Origin: an uncultured Chloroflexia bacterium
GTDB taxonomy: Bacteria > Chloroflexota > Limnocylindria > Limnocylindrales > CSP1-4
DNA length: 64,000 bases
Direction: 5' to 3'
Assembly (NCBI GenBank): GCA_963707395.1
Contig: CAVPPQ010000002.1
Span: 195,474 to 259,473, forward strand
Part shown: positions 30,737 to 40,350 of the stretch, piece by piece
How the letters are laid out: every line of letters begins with the position of its first letter
Numbering within the stretch: position 1 is the first letter of the stretch
The notes under the pieces: model-generated
What the model was told of the DNA's origin: nothing
Databases searched by the model: none
What the model saw: only the letters and a program-made list of their open reading frames with translations
Translations under genes and position numbers: made by a program

Positions 30737-30943
30737 CTAGAAGCGGCGGCGGCCGGGTGTGACCGCTGCGCCAACGACGGCGGCCTTGGCGACGGGCGAG
30801 GGGCCGGGGCCCACTGCTGCGCCAACGACGGCGGCCTTGGCGACGGGCGAGGGGCCGGGGCCCACCGCTGCACCCACCACGGCAGCCTTGGCGACGGGGG
30901 CGCCGATGACCCCGACTCCGGCACGACCTGGTCCGAGTGGCAT
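30737..30943 (-). CDS. 68-aa Gly/Ala/Val-rich peptide built from three 17-aa tandem repeats (PVAKAAVVGAAVGPGPS), translationally coupled to the upstream gene
   Basis: ATG 5-6 nt after AAGGAG and 1 nt after the upstream stop. Underlying 51-bp DNA repeat x3. Alternative frames give Pro/Arg-rich nonsense. Confidence 0.4.
   Translation of the reverse strand: MPLGPGRAGVGVIGAPVAKAAVVGAAVGPGPSPVAKAAVVGAAVGPGPSPVAKAAVVGAAVTPGRRRF
30765..30917. repeat. 51-bp tandem repeat x3 (gctgcgccaacgacggcggccttggcgacgggcgaggggccggggcccact…)
   Basis: Copies begin at 30765, 30816 and 30867. The third is diverged. Coincides with the small repeat-peptide ORF. Confidence 0.8.
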
Positions 30944-30944
30944 G

Positions 30945-31406
30945 TCAGACTCCTTCGGCTGCAAGGGCCGCGTCGGCTTCGACGGCGGCGATGATGGCCT
31001 GGATGGGGATGCGGCCGTTGGCGATGAGCTGGCCACCGGCCCGGCGCATGGCCGAGGCGAAGGGTGCCGCCCAGAGGTTCTCGTAGACGAGCACGCCGGC
31101 GACACTGCCCGGCTCCATGGCCGCCGCCAGATGGTCGACGTCCTCCTCCGCGAGGGTCTGCACGAGCTCGGCCTCGAGCCGTGCCAGCTCTCCGAGCTCG
31201 GCAAGGTCGCCCAGCTCCTGGGCCATCACCGAGCCGTCCTCGGCCTTCTGGAGGATGAGCACGTCCATGAGGCGGATGATGCCCGCGTCGTGAAGTCTGA
31301 CGAGCTCCGCGGCGCCCTCACCCGTGAAATGCTGGCCCCCGGGCGGGAACTCCACGATCAGGTAGTCGACGGGCCCCAGCTCGTCGATGGATCTCTCGGT
31401 CATCAT
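30945..31406 (-). CDS. DUF1269-N-domain-like soluble protein (DUF6325-like)
   Basis: Start MMTERS after GGAGG. Resembles the soluble N-terminal domain of the DUF1269 protein encoded at 45532-46023 but lacks its glycine-zipper membrane segment. Confidence 0.55.
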   Translation of the reverse strand: MMTERSIDELGPVDYLIVEFPPGGQHFTGEGAAELVRLHDAGIIRLMDVLILQKAEDGSVMAQELGDLAELGELARLEAELVQTLAEEDVDHLAAAMEPGSVAGVLVYENLWAAPFASAMRRAGGQLIANGRIPIQAIIAAVEADAALAAEGV

Positions 31407-31513
31407 GCCTCCATCCAGATACGGTGTTTGCAGCGCCACTATGCGCCACAGCGCGGCGCGCCGCATCCCCCGGGGCGGATGAGCGGGCGTCCTGGACCGG
31501 CACGAGCCGGGTA

Positions 31514-33457
31514 TCAGTCGCCACTCGGAGAGGCGGTCCTGGCGGGCGCGGGTGAGGCACCCAGGTCCGGCGATGAGCCCGGGGCCGAGGACGTCTCGAT
31601 GCCGGCGCCCGCGGCGGCCTGTACCTCCAGCACAAGGCGCCGCTCGATGGCGTCGAGGGTCTCGATGGCCTCGCTGGATGTGCCGGGCCGCGTCCGCCGC
31701 TCGCGCACGAAGGTCAGGATGTCGTCGATGATCGCGACGCGTGCGGCGGCGCCCGGCGAGCGCAGCGCGTAGGCGAGGAGCCCGTCCGAGGTGCGCGCGT
31801 AGACACGCGCCCGCCCGATGGATTCGAAGACACCCGCACGTTCCAGCGTGTCCCTGGCGCCCGGCCGCAGGTGGCTCAGCCAGAGCTCCACGCCGGCCGT
31901 CGTGAGGTGCTCATTGAGACGCTCCAGCACCTCCACGACGGGCACGTCCACCTCCGGCGTCAGCGAGAGATCGAGCAGGACCACCGAGCAGGCGGGCTCG
32001 GCGTGCTCGGCGGCCTCCAGGATGCCGTCCCGGATGGAGGCGGCGTTGGCGAAGTAGAGCATCTCGTCCGGGCGCACGATGATGAGACCCGGGACCGCCG
32101 CCTCAGGCGACGTGCGCAGGTCGAGGGGCTCGAGGCCGCCGCTGGCTCGGCCCAGGAACGTGAGACGCGGCTCGCTCGTGCGCCAGATGAGGACGCCCAG
32201 CGAGGCCACGACGGCGATGCCCAGGGCCTGCAGGGTGGGCACCACGAGGACCCCCACGAGCGCGATCATGGCCAGCCAGAAGTCGGCACGCCGCAGCTCC
32301 CAGAGCTGGCGCATCTTGCCCACCTTCATCATGCCCATGACAGCCACGATGACGATGGCCCCGAGCGTGGCCTCCGGCAGCGGCTCGAAGATCGGCGTCA
32401 GGAACAGGGCCACCAGGGCCGTGGCCGCCGCGGCCGTCACCAGCGATGCCGGCGTGCGAGCCCCCGCGCGGTCGTTGGCGGCTGACTTGGAGAGCGAGGA
32501 GCCGATGGGGAACCCGGAGAAGAGGCCGGCGCTGGTGTTGGCCGCCCCGATGGCCACGAGCTCACGGTTCGGATCGATGCGCCCGCCGTGCCGGCGCGCG
32601 AACTCGTGGGCCGGACCGATGGCCTCGGCGAAGGCCACCAGGGCGATGCCCACGGCACCCACGAGAAGCAGCGGTACGGCATCCAGGCCGACGCCCGGCA
32701 ACGAGGGCCCGGCCAGGCCAGCGGGCAGGTCGCCCACCACGTGGACTCCCGCCGCCTCCAGCGCGAACACGATCGAGGCGGCGATGGAGGCCAGCAGCAC
32801 CACCAGCGCGGCGGGCACGCGCGGCAGCCGGTGCTCCAGCAGGAGCATGCCGGCGATGCCCGCCAGGCCCACGGCCAGGGTCAGCAGGTCCGTCTCGCCG
32901 ACGTGCCGGACGATCTCGACCACCACCTGGACGGCCGATTCACCGTGCGCCTCGATACCCAGGAGCTTGGGGACCTGTTTGATCGAGATGAGCAGCGCCA
33001 GGCCGAAGACGAAGCCCGTGAGCACCGATTCCGAGAAGAACTGGGCGATGCGGCCGAGCTTCAGGACGCCGGCCCCGATGGAGATGAGGCCGGCCAGGAT
33101 GGCCAGCGCGGCCGTGAGGGCCACGAACTCGGCGCTGCCTTCCACGGCGATCTCGCCGATGGTCGCGGCCGACATGATGGCGATCGCCGACGAGACCGCC
33201 ACCACCAATTGGCGCGACGTGCCCAGCGCCGCGTACGCCAGCAGGGCCGCCGGCGCCGCGTAGAACGCGTACTCCGGTGGCACGCCCGCCAGTTCTGCGT
33301 AGGCCATGCCTTCCGGGACGAGGATGGCGCAGACGGTCAGGCCGGCGATGACATCGAAGCGCAGCCAGCTCCGCTGGTAGCCCGGGAGCCAGGAGAACAC
33401 GGGCCAAGTCCGGGGGGTCGGTGCGGTGGTGGCGCGACGGGTCATGGCGGCTTTCAA
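31514..33457 (-). CDS. SulP family sulfate/anion permease with C-terminal STAS domain
   Basis: 647 aa. Polytopic core with SulP signature region, and a C-terminal STAS fold. Confidence 0.85.
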   Translation of the reverse strand: MKAAMTRRATTAPTPRTWPVFSWLPGYQRSWLRFDVIAGLTVCAILVPEGMAYAELAGVPPEYAFYAAPAALLAYAALGTSRQLVVAVSSAIAIMSAATIGEIAVEGSAEFVALTAALAILAGLISIGAGVLKLGRIAQFFSESVLTGFVFGLALLISIKQVPKLLGIEAHGESAVQVVVEIVRHVGETDLLTLAVGLAGIAGMLLLEHRLPRVPAALVVLLASIAASIVFALEAAGVHVVGDLPAGLAGPSLPGVGLDAVPLLLVGAVGIALVAFAEAIGPAHEFARRHGGRIDPNRELVAIGAANTSAGLFSGFPIGSSLSKSAANDRAGARTPASLVTAAAATALVALFLTPIFEPLPEATLGAIVIVAVMGMMKVGKMRQLWELRRADFWLAMIALVGVLVVPTLQALGIAVVASLGVLIWRTSEPRLTFLGRASGGLEPLDLRTSPEAAVPGLIIVRPDEMLYFANAASIRDGILEAAEHAEPACSVVLLDLSLTPEVDVPVVEVLERLNEHLTTAGVELWLSHLRPGARDTLERAGVFESIGRARVYARTSDGLLAYALRSPGAAARVAIIDDILTFVRERRTRPGTSSEAIETLDAIERRLVLEVQAAAGAGIETSSAPGSSPDLGASPAPARTASPSGD

Positions 33458-33509
33458 TCATCGCGCTTCGATGCCCGGCCCGCGGGGCCGGAGATCAGCC
33501 CGTGAGGGT

Positions 33510-34061
33510 TCAGTCGGCCTCGTTGCCCGGTTGGAGCTCAGTGGCCTCGCGCTTCGGCAGCACCATGCGCTCGCGGTCGATGACGTAGGTCCAGGGCAGG
33601 CCGGAGTTCTTCCAGCCGTTCTTCATGCGCATCCCGTCGAAGACGCTGTCGGGGTCCTTGACCTGGCCGCCCTCCATGCCGTCGACGATGTTCCAGGCGT
33701 TCGTGTAGCCGTTCTTGGCCAGCAGGTTGATGGCCATCGCGCTGCGGCCGCCCGAGCGGCAGGAGACGAGCAGGGTGTCGTCTGGCTTCGCCCACGCCTG
33801 GACCGCGGGCAGGAACCCGGGGTTGAGGTCCCAGTGGAAGCCCTGCTTCTCGGCATCCCATTCGAAGGACTGGAAGGCGAGCGGGATGTTGGTGGCCATC
33901 GGCGCGTGGCCCACGAAGACGTACTCCTCGGGCGTGCGGACGTCGAGGATGCGCACGCCCTCGGGGTCCGCCTGCCAGCGGTCAAACGCCTCCCGGGCGG
34001 TGAGGTACAGGCCCAGGCTGGTCAGCCGCTCCTGGGCGAGGGTGGGGGGGTCCACGGTCAT
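33510..34061 (-). CDS. rhodanese-domain sulfurtransferase
   Basis: Active-site loop CRSGGRS. Confidence 0.8.
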   Translation of the reverse strand: MTVDPPTLAQERLTSLGLYLTAREAFDRWQADPEGVRILDVRTPEEYVFVGHAPMATNIPLAFQSFEWDAEKQGFHWDLNPGFLPAVQAWAKPDDTLLVSCRSGGRSAMAINLLAKNGYTNAWNIVDGMEGGQVKDPDSVFDGMRMKNGWKNSGLPWTYVIDRERMVLPKREATELQPGNEAD

Positions 34062-34130
34062 CGCGATCTCCTGTCCAGTCGTCGGGCCCGCGAAGGCGGA
34101 CCCGACGTGAGAGGTGGTGGTTCGTGACGG

Positions 34131-35309
34131 CTACCCGAGCCGGGTGCCCTCGACCTCGAGCCCGCCCCCTTCTGGCAGCTTGCTCCAGCTACGCCGTGCC
34201 CACTCCTCCTTGAGGACCTCCTCGGCCGCCTTCTCCAGGAACTCGGGCCTCGCCCAGGCAGCCACGTCGAAGTCGTTCTTGATGTAGCCGTGGCTGAACA
34301 TGAAGTCCTTGCCGATCTCGACGCACGCCAGGTTGCGGGCGCTCAGGCTCGGCACCATGTCGACGTCCTTGATGCCCTGGTAGGTGTCCTCGGCGTCGAG
34401 GTAGAACGTCTGGCGGTTGAGGATCTCGCCGGCGGCGCGCTTGTTGCGATTGGCCCAGAGGCCGACCTTGATCATGGCCTTCATGTAGGCGATGACCAGC
34501 TCGGGATGTTCCTCGGCCATGACGTCGGTGCAGGTGATGACAGCCGGCGTGTTGGCGACCTGGATCCGCCAGTCCGAGCGCTTCGACAGGTCCTCGATCA
34601 TGGCGATCTTGCCAGTCGCTTCCTGGAGATGCTGGAAGACCTTGCTCTGAGTGTAGATGGCATCGACGACGCCACCAAGCAGCGCCTTCTCGAGCGGGCG
34701 GAAGGCGTAGTCGTGCTTGTGGTCGCGGCGCATCCACAGCTCCGACGGGTTGTTCATCGTGACCCGGAGCATCTCGGGCTTGTCGTACCAGTCGTCCGGG
34801 TAGGGGAACTCGACGAGCTCGATGTCATCCATCGTCATGTCGTTGAGCATGAGCATGGACTCGATGCCCATGTGCTCCTGGATCCGCCACCAGTCGTTCT
34901 TGATGGTGTTCAGGCTCTTGCTGATGCCGATCTTCCTGCCCTTGAGGTCCTGCATCCGGAAGATCCGGTCGTCAGCGCGGACCGCCATGCAGCCGCCCTC
35001 GTGCACCCACGTCGCCCCGAGCAGCACGGTGCGGCGGAGGTCGGCGTTGACGTGGATCGGCGGGTAAAGCCCCCCGAAGCGGATCAGGTTGTCGAGGTTG
35101 TGGATGTAGTGCGGGTACCAGTTGTTCTCCGGAGCGTGGCGGAAGTAGGCGTACTCGACGCCGATCTTCTTGAACTCCTCACGGCACCACCCCAGCTCTT
35201 GGTCCACGTTGTTGGCGGACACCATGGGGCAGTTGGTGAACCAGACCTCGTTCCAGTCCAGGGGCACGGTCGTGGAGACACGCTTCGGCGCCTGGTTCTC
35301 GTTGGTCAT
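34131..35309 (-). CDS. cytoplasmic SsuA/THI5/DszB-fold protein; DszB (2-hydroxybiphenyl-2-sulfinate desulfinase)-like
   Basis: No signal peptide. ATG after GGAGGAGG. Blocks TNCPM, RFGGLYPPIH and GCMAVRADDRIFRMQDLKGRKIGISKS match my recollection of DszB blocks SNCPV, RFGGEIPPLL and GFFVRDDSPITAAADLAGRRIGVSAS. Confidence 0.55.
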   Translation of the reverse strand: MTNENQAPKRVSTTVPLDWNEVWFTNCPMVSANNVDQELGWCREEFKKIGVEYAYFRHAPENNWYPHYIHNLDNLIRFGGLYPPIHVNADLRRTVLLGATWVHEGGCMAVRADDRIFRMQDLKGRKIGISKSLNTIKNDWWRIQEHMGIESMLMLNDMTMDDIELVEFPYPDDWYDKPEMLRVTMNNPSELWMRRDHKHDYAFRPLEKALLGGVVDAIYTQSKVFQHLQEATGKIAMIEDLSKRSDWRIQVANTPAVITCTDVMAEEHPELVIAYMKAMIKVGLWANRNKRAAGEILNRQTFYLDAEDTYQGIKDVDMVPSLSARNLACVEIGKDFMFSHGYIKNDFDVAAWARPEFLEKAAEEVLKEEWARRSWSKLPEGGGLEVEGTRLG

Positions 35310-35491
35310 GGGGGCTTCCTCCTCCGGTGCTCCGGTCGGGCGAACGCGCGACGGCGCGTGACGGTCACGAACATCGAGCCTCGGCCACGATGACGGCTGC
35401 GAGTTGACCACCATCGACCTCGCGCCGCATCCTCCGCGGCGGTGGAGCCACGACGAGGACGAGGTGCCGCGCTCGGGCTAGTCTGCTGACG

Positions 35492-36556
35492 GTGATGACG
35501 ACGCCCACTCCGATCCCCCTGCTCATCGACTGCGACACCGGCATCGACGATGCCCTGGCGCTGCTCTATGCCGCCGCCTCGCCAGAGGCGGAGATGGTGG
35601 GGGTCAGCTGCGTGGCCGGCAACGTGGAGTTGCCTCACATCGTGCGCAACACGCTGGCCGTGCTGGAGCTGGCCGGTCGGGCGGACATCCCCGTGGCCGC
35701 CGGGGCCGACCGACCCCTGGTCCGGGCGCTTCGCACCGCCGCGGACACGCACGGTCCGACGGGCCTCGGCTACGCGGTCCTCCCGGCGCCCAGCCGGGGT
35801 GTCGTCGCCGAAGGTGCCGCAGGGGTCATCGCGGCGGCCGCCCGCGCCCGTCCCGGTGAGCTGACGTTGGTGACGCTCGGCCCCCTGACCAACGTGGCGC
35901 TCGCGCTGCAGCGCGAGCCTGACCTGCCGCGCCTGCTGCAGCGGATGGTGATGATGGTCGGCTCGTACCGCTCACCGGGCAACACCGCGCCGACCATGGA
36001 GTGGAACGCCGGGCTGGACCCGGAGGCGCTGGCCACGGTGCTCGCAGCCTGGAGCGCGGCGCGGGTCGCCGATCGAGCCATCGGCCGGCCGGTCGCCTTC
36101 GGCCTGGATGTCACGGAGCGGGCCAAGCTGACCCCGGCCCACCTGGAGCGCCTCGCTTCCCGGGCGGGCGGCGGGTCCGCGAACGCCGTGGTGCGCTTCG
36201 TGGCCGACGCCCTGCGCTTCTACTTCGAGTTCCACAGCCGCTACGACGGCTTCTACGGTGCCTTCATCCACGATGCCCTGGTGCTCGCGGCGGCGCTTGA
36301 CCCCGATCTGGCCCGCACGGAGGCGCTGGCCGTGGAGGTGGAGCTCGAGGGTCGCTGGACGACCGGCGAGACCGTGACCGACTGGCGGCGGGCCTGGGGC
36401 CGCGAACCGAACCTCGACGTCGCCGTTGACGCTGACATCGGGACCTTCTTCGAGCATCTCATCGAGCGCGTCGGCGACCTGGCGGCTCAGCGGCCGGGAG
36501 AGCGGCCGGGCGGCAGGGACCACGCTCCAGCGGCGACCCCGGAGGACCACTGCTGA
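35492..36556 (+). CDS. nucleoside hydrolase (inosine-uridine preferring family)
   Basis: N-terminal DCDTGIDDA calcium/ribose-binding aspartate motif. Confidence 0.85.
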   Translation: MMTTPTPIPLLIDCDTGIDDALALLYAAASPEAEMVGVSCVAGNVELPHIVRNTLAVLELAGRADIPVAAGADRPLVRALRTAADTHGPTGLGYAVLPAPSRGVVAEGAAGVIAAAARARPGELTLVTLGPLTNVALALQREPDLPRLLQRMVMMVGSYRSPGNTAPTMEWNAGLDPEALATVLAAWSAARVADRAIGRPVAFGLDVTERAKLTPAHLERLASRAGGGSANAVVRFVADALRFYFEFHSRYDGFYGAFIHDALVLAAALDPDLARTEALAVEVELEGRWTTGETVTDWRRAWGREPNLDVAVDADIGTFFEHLIERVGDLAAQRPGERPGGRDHAPAATPEDHC

Positions 36557-37638
36557 TGCCGCAGACCTGGCTGCGGGTCGGCGTCGGCCTCCTCGCCTTC
36601 CTCGTCGTCGGCCTGGCAGGCGTGCTCGTGCTGCGTCAGATCGACCCGGAGCAGGCGGCTGACTCGTGGTCGCTGGTGACGCTCCTGGCCATCCCGGCCG
36701 GCATCACCGCCTACGCGCTCATCGAGCACCGCCAGACGGGGCGCCTGGACTCGATCACGCGCCAGTTCGACACGCACACGCTGGTGCTGATGCCGGTGGC
36801 CGTGGCCCTCAACATCGTCCTCGGCACGGCCGTGGCGAGCGCACTCAAGATCCCCATCTATCTCGATTCGATCGGCACCATCCTGGTGGCCGTCCTGGCC
36901 GGACCACTGGCCGGCGCCGTGACGGGCTTGCTGGCCAACCTGGTCTGGACGTACCTGGCACCGCCGCCCTTCGCCAGCCCGTACGCGGCGCCCTTCGCCC
37001 TCGTGGCCGTCGTCGTGGGCCTGCTGGCCGGAACGTTCGCGCGCTGGGGCTGGCTGCGACCCCGACCCCACACCTCGGGGCGGCAGCTGGCGATGGGGGC
37101 AGCCGCGGCCATCGGCCTGCTCGCCCTGATGGCCGTGCTGGCACTGGGGGTCTGGCAGGTCGCCTCGCTGGGTAGTGCGCTGGCGCCGTCGAGCGACGAG
37201 CTGGCCTTCACCGCGCTGGGCTGGCTGTCCATGGCGCTCGTGGTGGGCACGGGCATCGGCCTGGTCTGGCTCCTGGTGCGCCAGCGCGACCTGACCGCGG
37301 CCTACATCGTGGTGGCCGGTGCGTTGACCGGCCTCTGTGCGGCCGTGGTGGCTGCCCCGATCGCCGCCAGCCTCTTCGGGGGCGTGACAGGTTCAGGGGC
37401 GGACTTCGTGATCGCCGCCTTCCGCCAGGCTGGCGCGGACCTGCAGCAGGCGGTCCTGGGCCAGAGCCTCGTCTCCGATCCCATCGACAAGGTCGTCACG
37501 TACTTCGTCGTCTACGTCATCCTGGGCACGCTGGCGGTACGCACGAAGGCTCGTTTCCCGCAAGGTGAGTACCTCATCGAACGACCGACCGATGAGGCCA
37601 CGGGTCGGACGGATGGAGCCATCCCCGCTGCGCGCTGA
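36556..37638 (+). CDS. ECF-transporter substrate-specific (S) component-like membrane protein, unusually large (360 aa)
   Basis: Start overlaps the hydrolase stop. Polytopic, with an S-component-like N-terminal core and SDPIDKVVTYFVVYVILG C-terminus. Immediately followed by EcfT and two EcfA genes. Confidence 0.5.
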   Translation: MPQTWLRVGVGLLAFLVVGLAGVLVLRQIDPEQAADSWSLVTLLAIPAGITAYALIEHRQTGRLDSITRQFDTHTLVLMPVAVALNIVLGTAVASALKIPIYLDSIGTILVAVLAGPLAGAVTGLLANLVWTYLAPPPFASPYAAPFALVAVVVGLLAGTFARWGWLRPRPHTSGRQLAMGAAAAIGLLALMAVLALGVWQVASLGSALAPSSDELAFTALGWLSMALVVGTGIGLVWLLVRQRDLTAAYIVVAGALTGLCAAVVAAPIAASLFGGVTGSGADFVIAAFRQAGADLQQAVLGQSLVSDPIDKVVTYFVVYVILGTLAVRTKARFPQGEYLIERPTDEATGRTDGAIPAAR

Positions 37639-38431
37639 GCGGAGCCTGCCGGCCGGCGTCGCCGTTCCTGGCCCGACGGCCTGGCACCGGCTTGACCCGC
37701 TCACCCGTCTGACGCTCTCACTGGTCAGCGTGCTGGCGGTGGTCGTGCTGGGCGGCGTCGTGGGCCCGCTGCTCCTTTGGCTGCTGGCCGTGCTGCTGCC
37801 CGCGTCCCGGGCCCGTGTGCTGCCCGCCGTGTGGCGAGTGTCCGTGCTCCTATCGCTGCCGCTGGCGGCCAGCGCCGCCATCGTCAACGTGTTCTTCACG
37901 CCCGGCGGCGGCACGGTCGTGGCGCAGGTCGGCCCGCTCACCATCACGGCGGAGGGCATCGGGGTCGCCGTGGAGGTCGTCGTGCGCGTCCTGGTGATGT
38001 CCGGCGCGGTGACGCTCTACTACCTCACCACGCGGCCGGCCGAGCTTGTGGCCAGCCTCCAGGCGCACGGCGCGCCGCCACGGCTGACCTTCGTCATCCA
38101 CAGCGCCGTGTCCATGATCCCGCGCCTGGCCGAGCGCGCCTCCGAGGTGACCGCGGCGCAGCGGGCTCGCGGACTGGACAGCGAGGGCAGCCTGTCGCGG
38201 CGCCTGCATGGCGTGATGGCCGTGGCCGGACCCACGGTGAGCGGCGCCATCGCGGAAGCCGAGGCGCGCACGCTGGCGCTGGAGGTCCGCGGCTTCACCC
38301 GTCCCGGGCGCCATACGCTGCTGTGGATCCCGGCGGACAGCGATGGCCAGCGCCTGGCACGCTGGGGCATGGCCGCGGGCGTGGTCCTGCTGGTGGCGCT
38401 CCGGCTGGCCGGCTGGCGGCTACCGTGGTGA
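37613..38431 (+). CDS. energy-coupling factor transporter transmembrane component EcfT/CbiQ
   Basis: HRLDPLTRL (DPRxKL-type) motif and C-terminal ALEVRGF coupling motif. Confidence 0.7.
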   Translation: MEPSPLRAERSLPAGVAVPGPTAWHRLDPLTRLTLSLVSVLAVVVLGGVVGPLLLWLLAVLLPASRARVLPAVWRVSVLLSLPLAASAAIVNVFFTPGGGTVVAQVGPLTITAEGIGVAVEVVVRVLVMSGAVTLYYLTTRPAELVASLQAHGAPPRLTFVIHSAVSMIPRLAERASEVTAAQRARGLDSEGSLSRRLHGVMAVAGPTVSGAIAEAEARTLALEVRGFTRPGRHTLLWIPADSDGQRLARWGMAAGVVLLVALRLAGWRLPW

Positions 38432-38556
38432 TGTCGGCACCACGGGGACAAGTGCCGGGCCGCACCGGGCTCCCCGGGCCCATCGGGCTGGTCGGGCTCT
38501 CAGCCGGTCGGGCTCCCCAAGCTGGTCGCGCTTCGCCGACAGATGCGCGGACGCCG

Positions 38557-39417
38557 GGCCGCGACATGCTGACGCTCAGCGGCGCCACGTACCGCTACCC
38601 GGGCGCGGCGGTGGACAGCCTCCGGGACGTCTCGCTGGTGCTGCCGGAGGGCAGTGTCACGGGCATCGTGGGCACGGCGGAGTCCGGCCTCTCCACGATC
38701 TGCCTGGTGTTGAGCGGGCTGGCGCCGCGCGTGGTCGGTGGCCACCTGCGGGGCTCTCTGCAGGTCGATGGCGAGGACACGGTCGGCTGGCCCATGCACC
38801 GACTCTGCGAGTCCGTCGTGCTGGGCGTCGGACGGCCCGGTGGTCAGCTCTCGATGGTGGCCGAGACCGTCTACGAGGAGGTCGCGTTCGGGCCCGCCAA
38901 CCTGGGGCTGCCGCGCGACGAGGTCATGGCACGCACGGAAGAGGCGCTCGAGCAGGTCGCCATCAGCCACCTGGCGGGCCGCGAGCCGCGCCTGTTGTCC
39001 GGCGGCGAGCATCAGCTGGTGGCGATCGCGGGCCTGCTGGCCATGCGGGCGCCACACCTGGTCCTCGACGAGCCGGTCGCCCACCTTGACGCACACGGCC
39101 GAGAGAAGGTCCTGGCGGCCGTCGCGAGCGCGGCCGCGGCGGGCACGGCCGTGCTCCTCGCCACCCGCTCGAGCGAGGTCGTGCTCCGCAGCTGCGCAAC
39201 GGTGCTGGTGATGGCCGGCGGGCGTGTCGTGGCACAGGGTCCCCCGGTGGAGGTCCTTGCCGACCCGGCGACCTGGGCGCTGGGCATCGCCGAGCCGACC
39301 GGCATGCGCCTCGAGCGGCTGCTGGCAGTCGAGCGCCTGCTGGCGGCGACCAGCATGGCATCGCCTTCGGGAGCCTCATCCGCGCTGCCGCAGCCTCCTC
39401 CCCCGGGTGCGCGCTGA
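38557..39417 (+). CDS. ECF/ABC ATPase component with degenerate Walker A (no P-loop lysine)
   Basis: Walker A position reads GIVGTAESGLST instead of GxxGxGK(S/T). Signature LSGGEHQ and Walker B LVLDEP are present. Confidence 0.65.
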   Translation, partial: GRDMLTLSGATYRYPGAAVDSLRDVSLVLPEGSVTGIVGTAESGLSTICLVLSGLAPRVVGGHLRGSLQVDGEDTVGWPMHRLCESVVLGVGRPGGQLSMVAETVYEEVAFGPANLGLPRDEVMARTEEALEQVAISHLAGREPRLLSGGEHQLVAIAGLLAMRAPHLVLDEPVAHLDAHGREKVLAAVASAAAAGTAVLLATRSSEVVLRSCATVLVMAGGRVVAQGPPVEVLADPATWALGIAEPTGMRLERLLAVERLLAATSMASPSGASSALPQPPPPGAR

Positions 39418-40247
39418 TGGACATCGAGCTGGAGGGCGTCAGCTTCGCCTACCCGTCCGGTCCGACGGTCCTGGACGGCCTCGACTTGGTCTTCCCGGGT
39501 GGCCGGTCGGTGGCCCTGGTGGGCGCCAACGGCAGCGGCAAGACGACCCTGGCTCGGCACCTGAACGGCCTCCTGCGCCCGACCCGTGGGCGCGTGCTGC
39601 TGGACGGCGCCGACATCGCGACCCGCCGCGTGGCCGACCTGGCCGCGAGCGTGGCCGTGGGCTTCCAGGATCCGGACCGGCAGGTGTTCTCGCGCAACGT
39701 GCGGGCCGAGGTCGAGTTCGGGCCGCGGCGGCTGCGCTTCTCCGCGGAGCGTCGCGAGCGGGTCGTCGCCGAGGCGCTCGAGGCGACCGGCCTCGACGAT
39801 GCCGCCCATGTCCACCCTCACGACCTCGGTGAGAGCCGCCGCATGCTCCTCGCGCTGGCCTCGCTGCTGGCCATGGAGACGGCCGTGCTCGTGCTCGACG
39901 AGCCGACGGTCGGCCTCGACCCTGCCGGGCGGGCACGGGTGGCCGGGGTCATGGCCAGGCTGCTGGCCGCAGCGAGGAGCGTCATCGTCATCAGCCACGA
40001 CATGCGCCTGGTGGCGGAGACCTGCGAGCGCGTCGTCGTGTTCGAGCACGGCCGCATCGCTCTCGATGGCAGTCCAGCCGACGTCTTCGCAGAGGCCTCG
40101 TGGCCGCTCCTGCACCGCGCCGGGCTGGAGCCGCCGGAGGCCGCACTCCTCGGCTCGCGACTGGGTCTCGGCTCCACCCCCACGGAGTCGGCCCTTCTGG
40201 CGGCCGCTCGGCGTCCGCACCCAGATCGCGACTGCACAGTCACTTGA
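39417..40247 (+). CDS. ECF/ABC ATPase component (canonical)
   Basis: Walker A GANGSGKTT and Walker B VLVLDEPT. ATGA overlap with the upstream ATPase. Confidence 0.8.
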   Translation: MDIELEGVSFAYPSGPTVLDGLDLVFPGGRSVALVGANGSGKTTLARHLNGLLRPTRGRVLLDGADIATRRVADLAASVAVGFQDPDRQVFSRNVRAEVEFGPRRLRFSAERRERVVAEALEATGLDDAAHVHPHDLGESRRMLLALASLLAMETAVLVLDEPTVGLDPAGRARVAGVMARLLAAARSVIVISHDMRLVAETCERVVVFEHGRIALDGSPADVFAEASWPLLHRAGLEPPEAALLGSRLGLGSTPTESALLAAARRPHPDRDCTVT

Positions 40248-40350
40248 CACGGCTTGGCGGATGGCAGGTACGATGACTCCTCGAGCGAGTGGAGGCCGGG
40301 ACATCGCCCGCCGGGTGCGCCTGCCTCCCGGCGCTGGAGGGTTCCTATCG

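Noticed and set aside
30759-31772. 337-aa plus-strand ORF beginning with AAPTTAALATGEGPGPT repeats
   Set aside because: Antisense to the DUF1269-like gene for most of its length. The repeat is better explained by the minus-strand small ORF or as non-coding.
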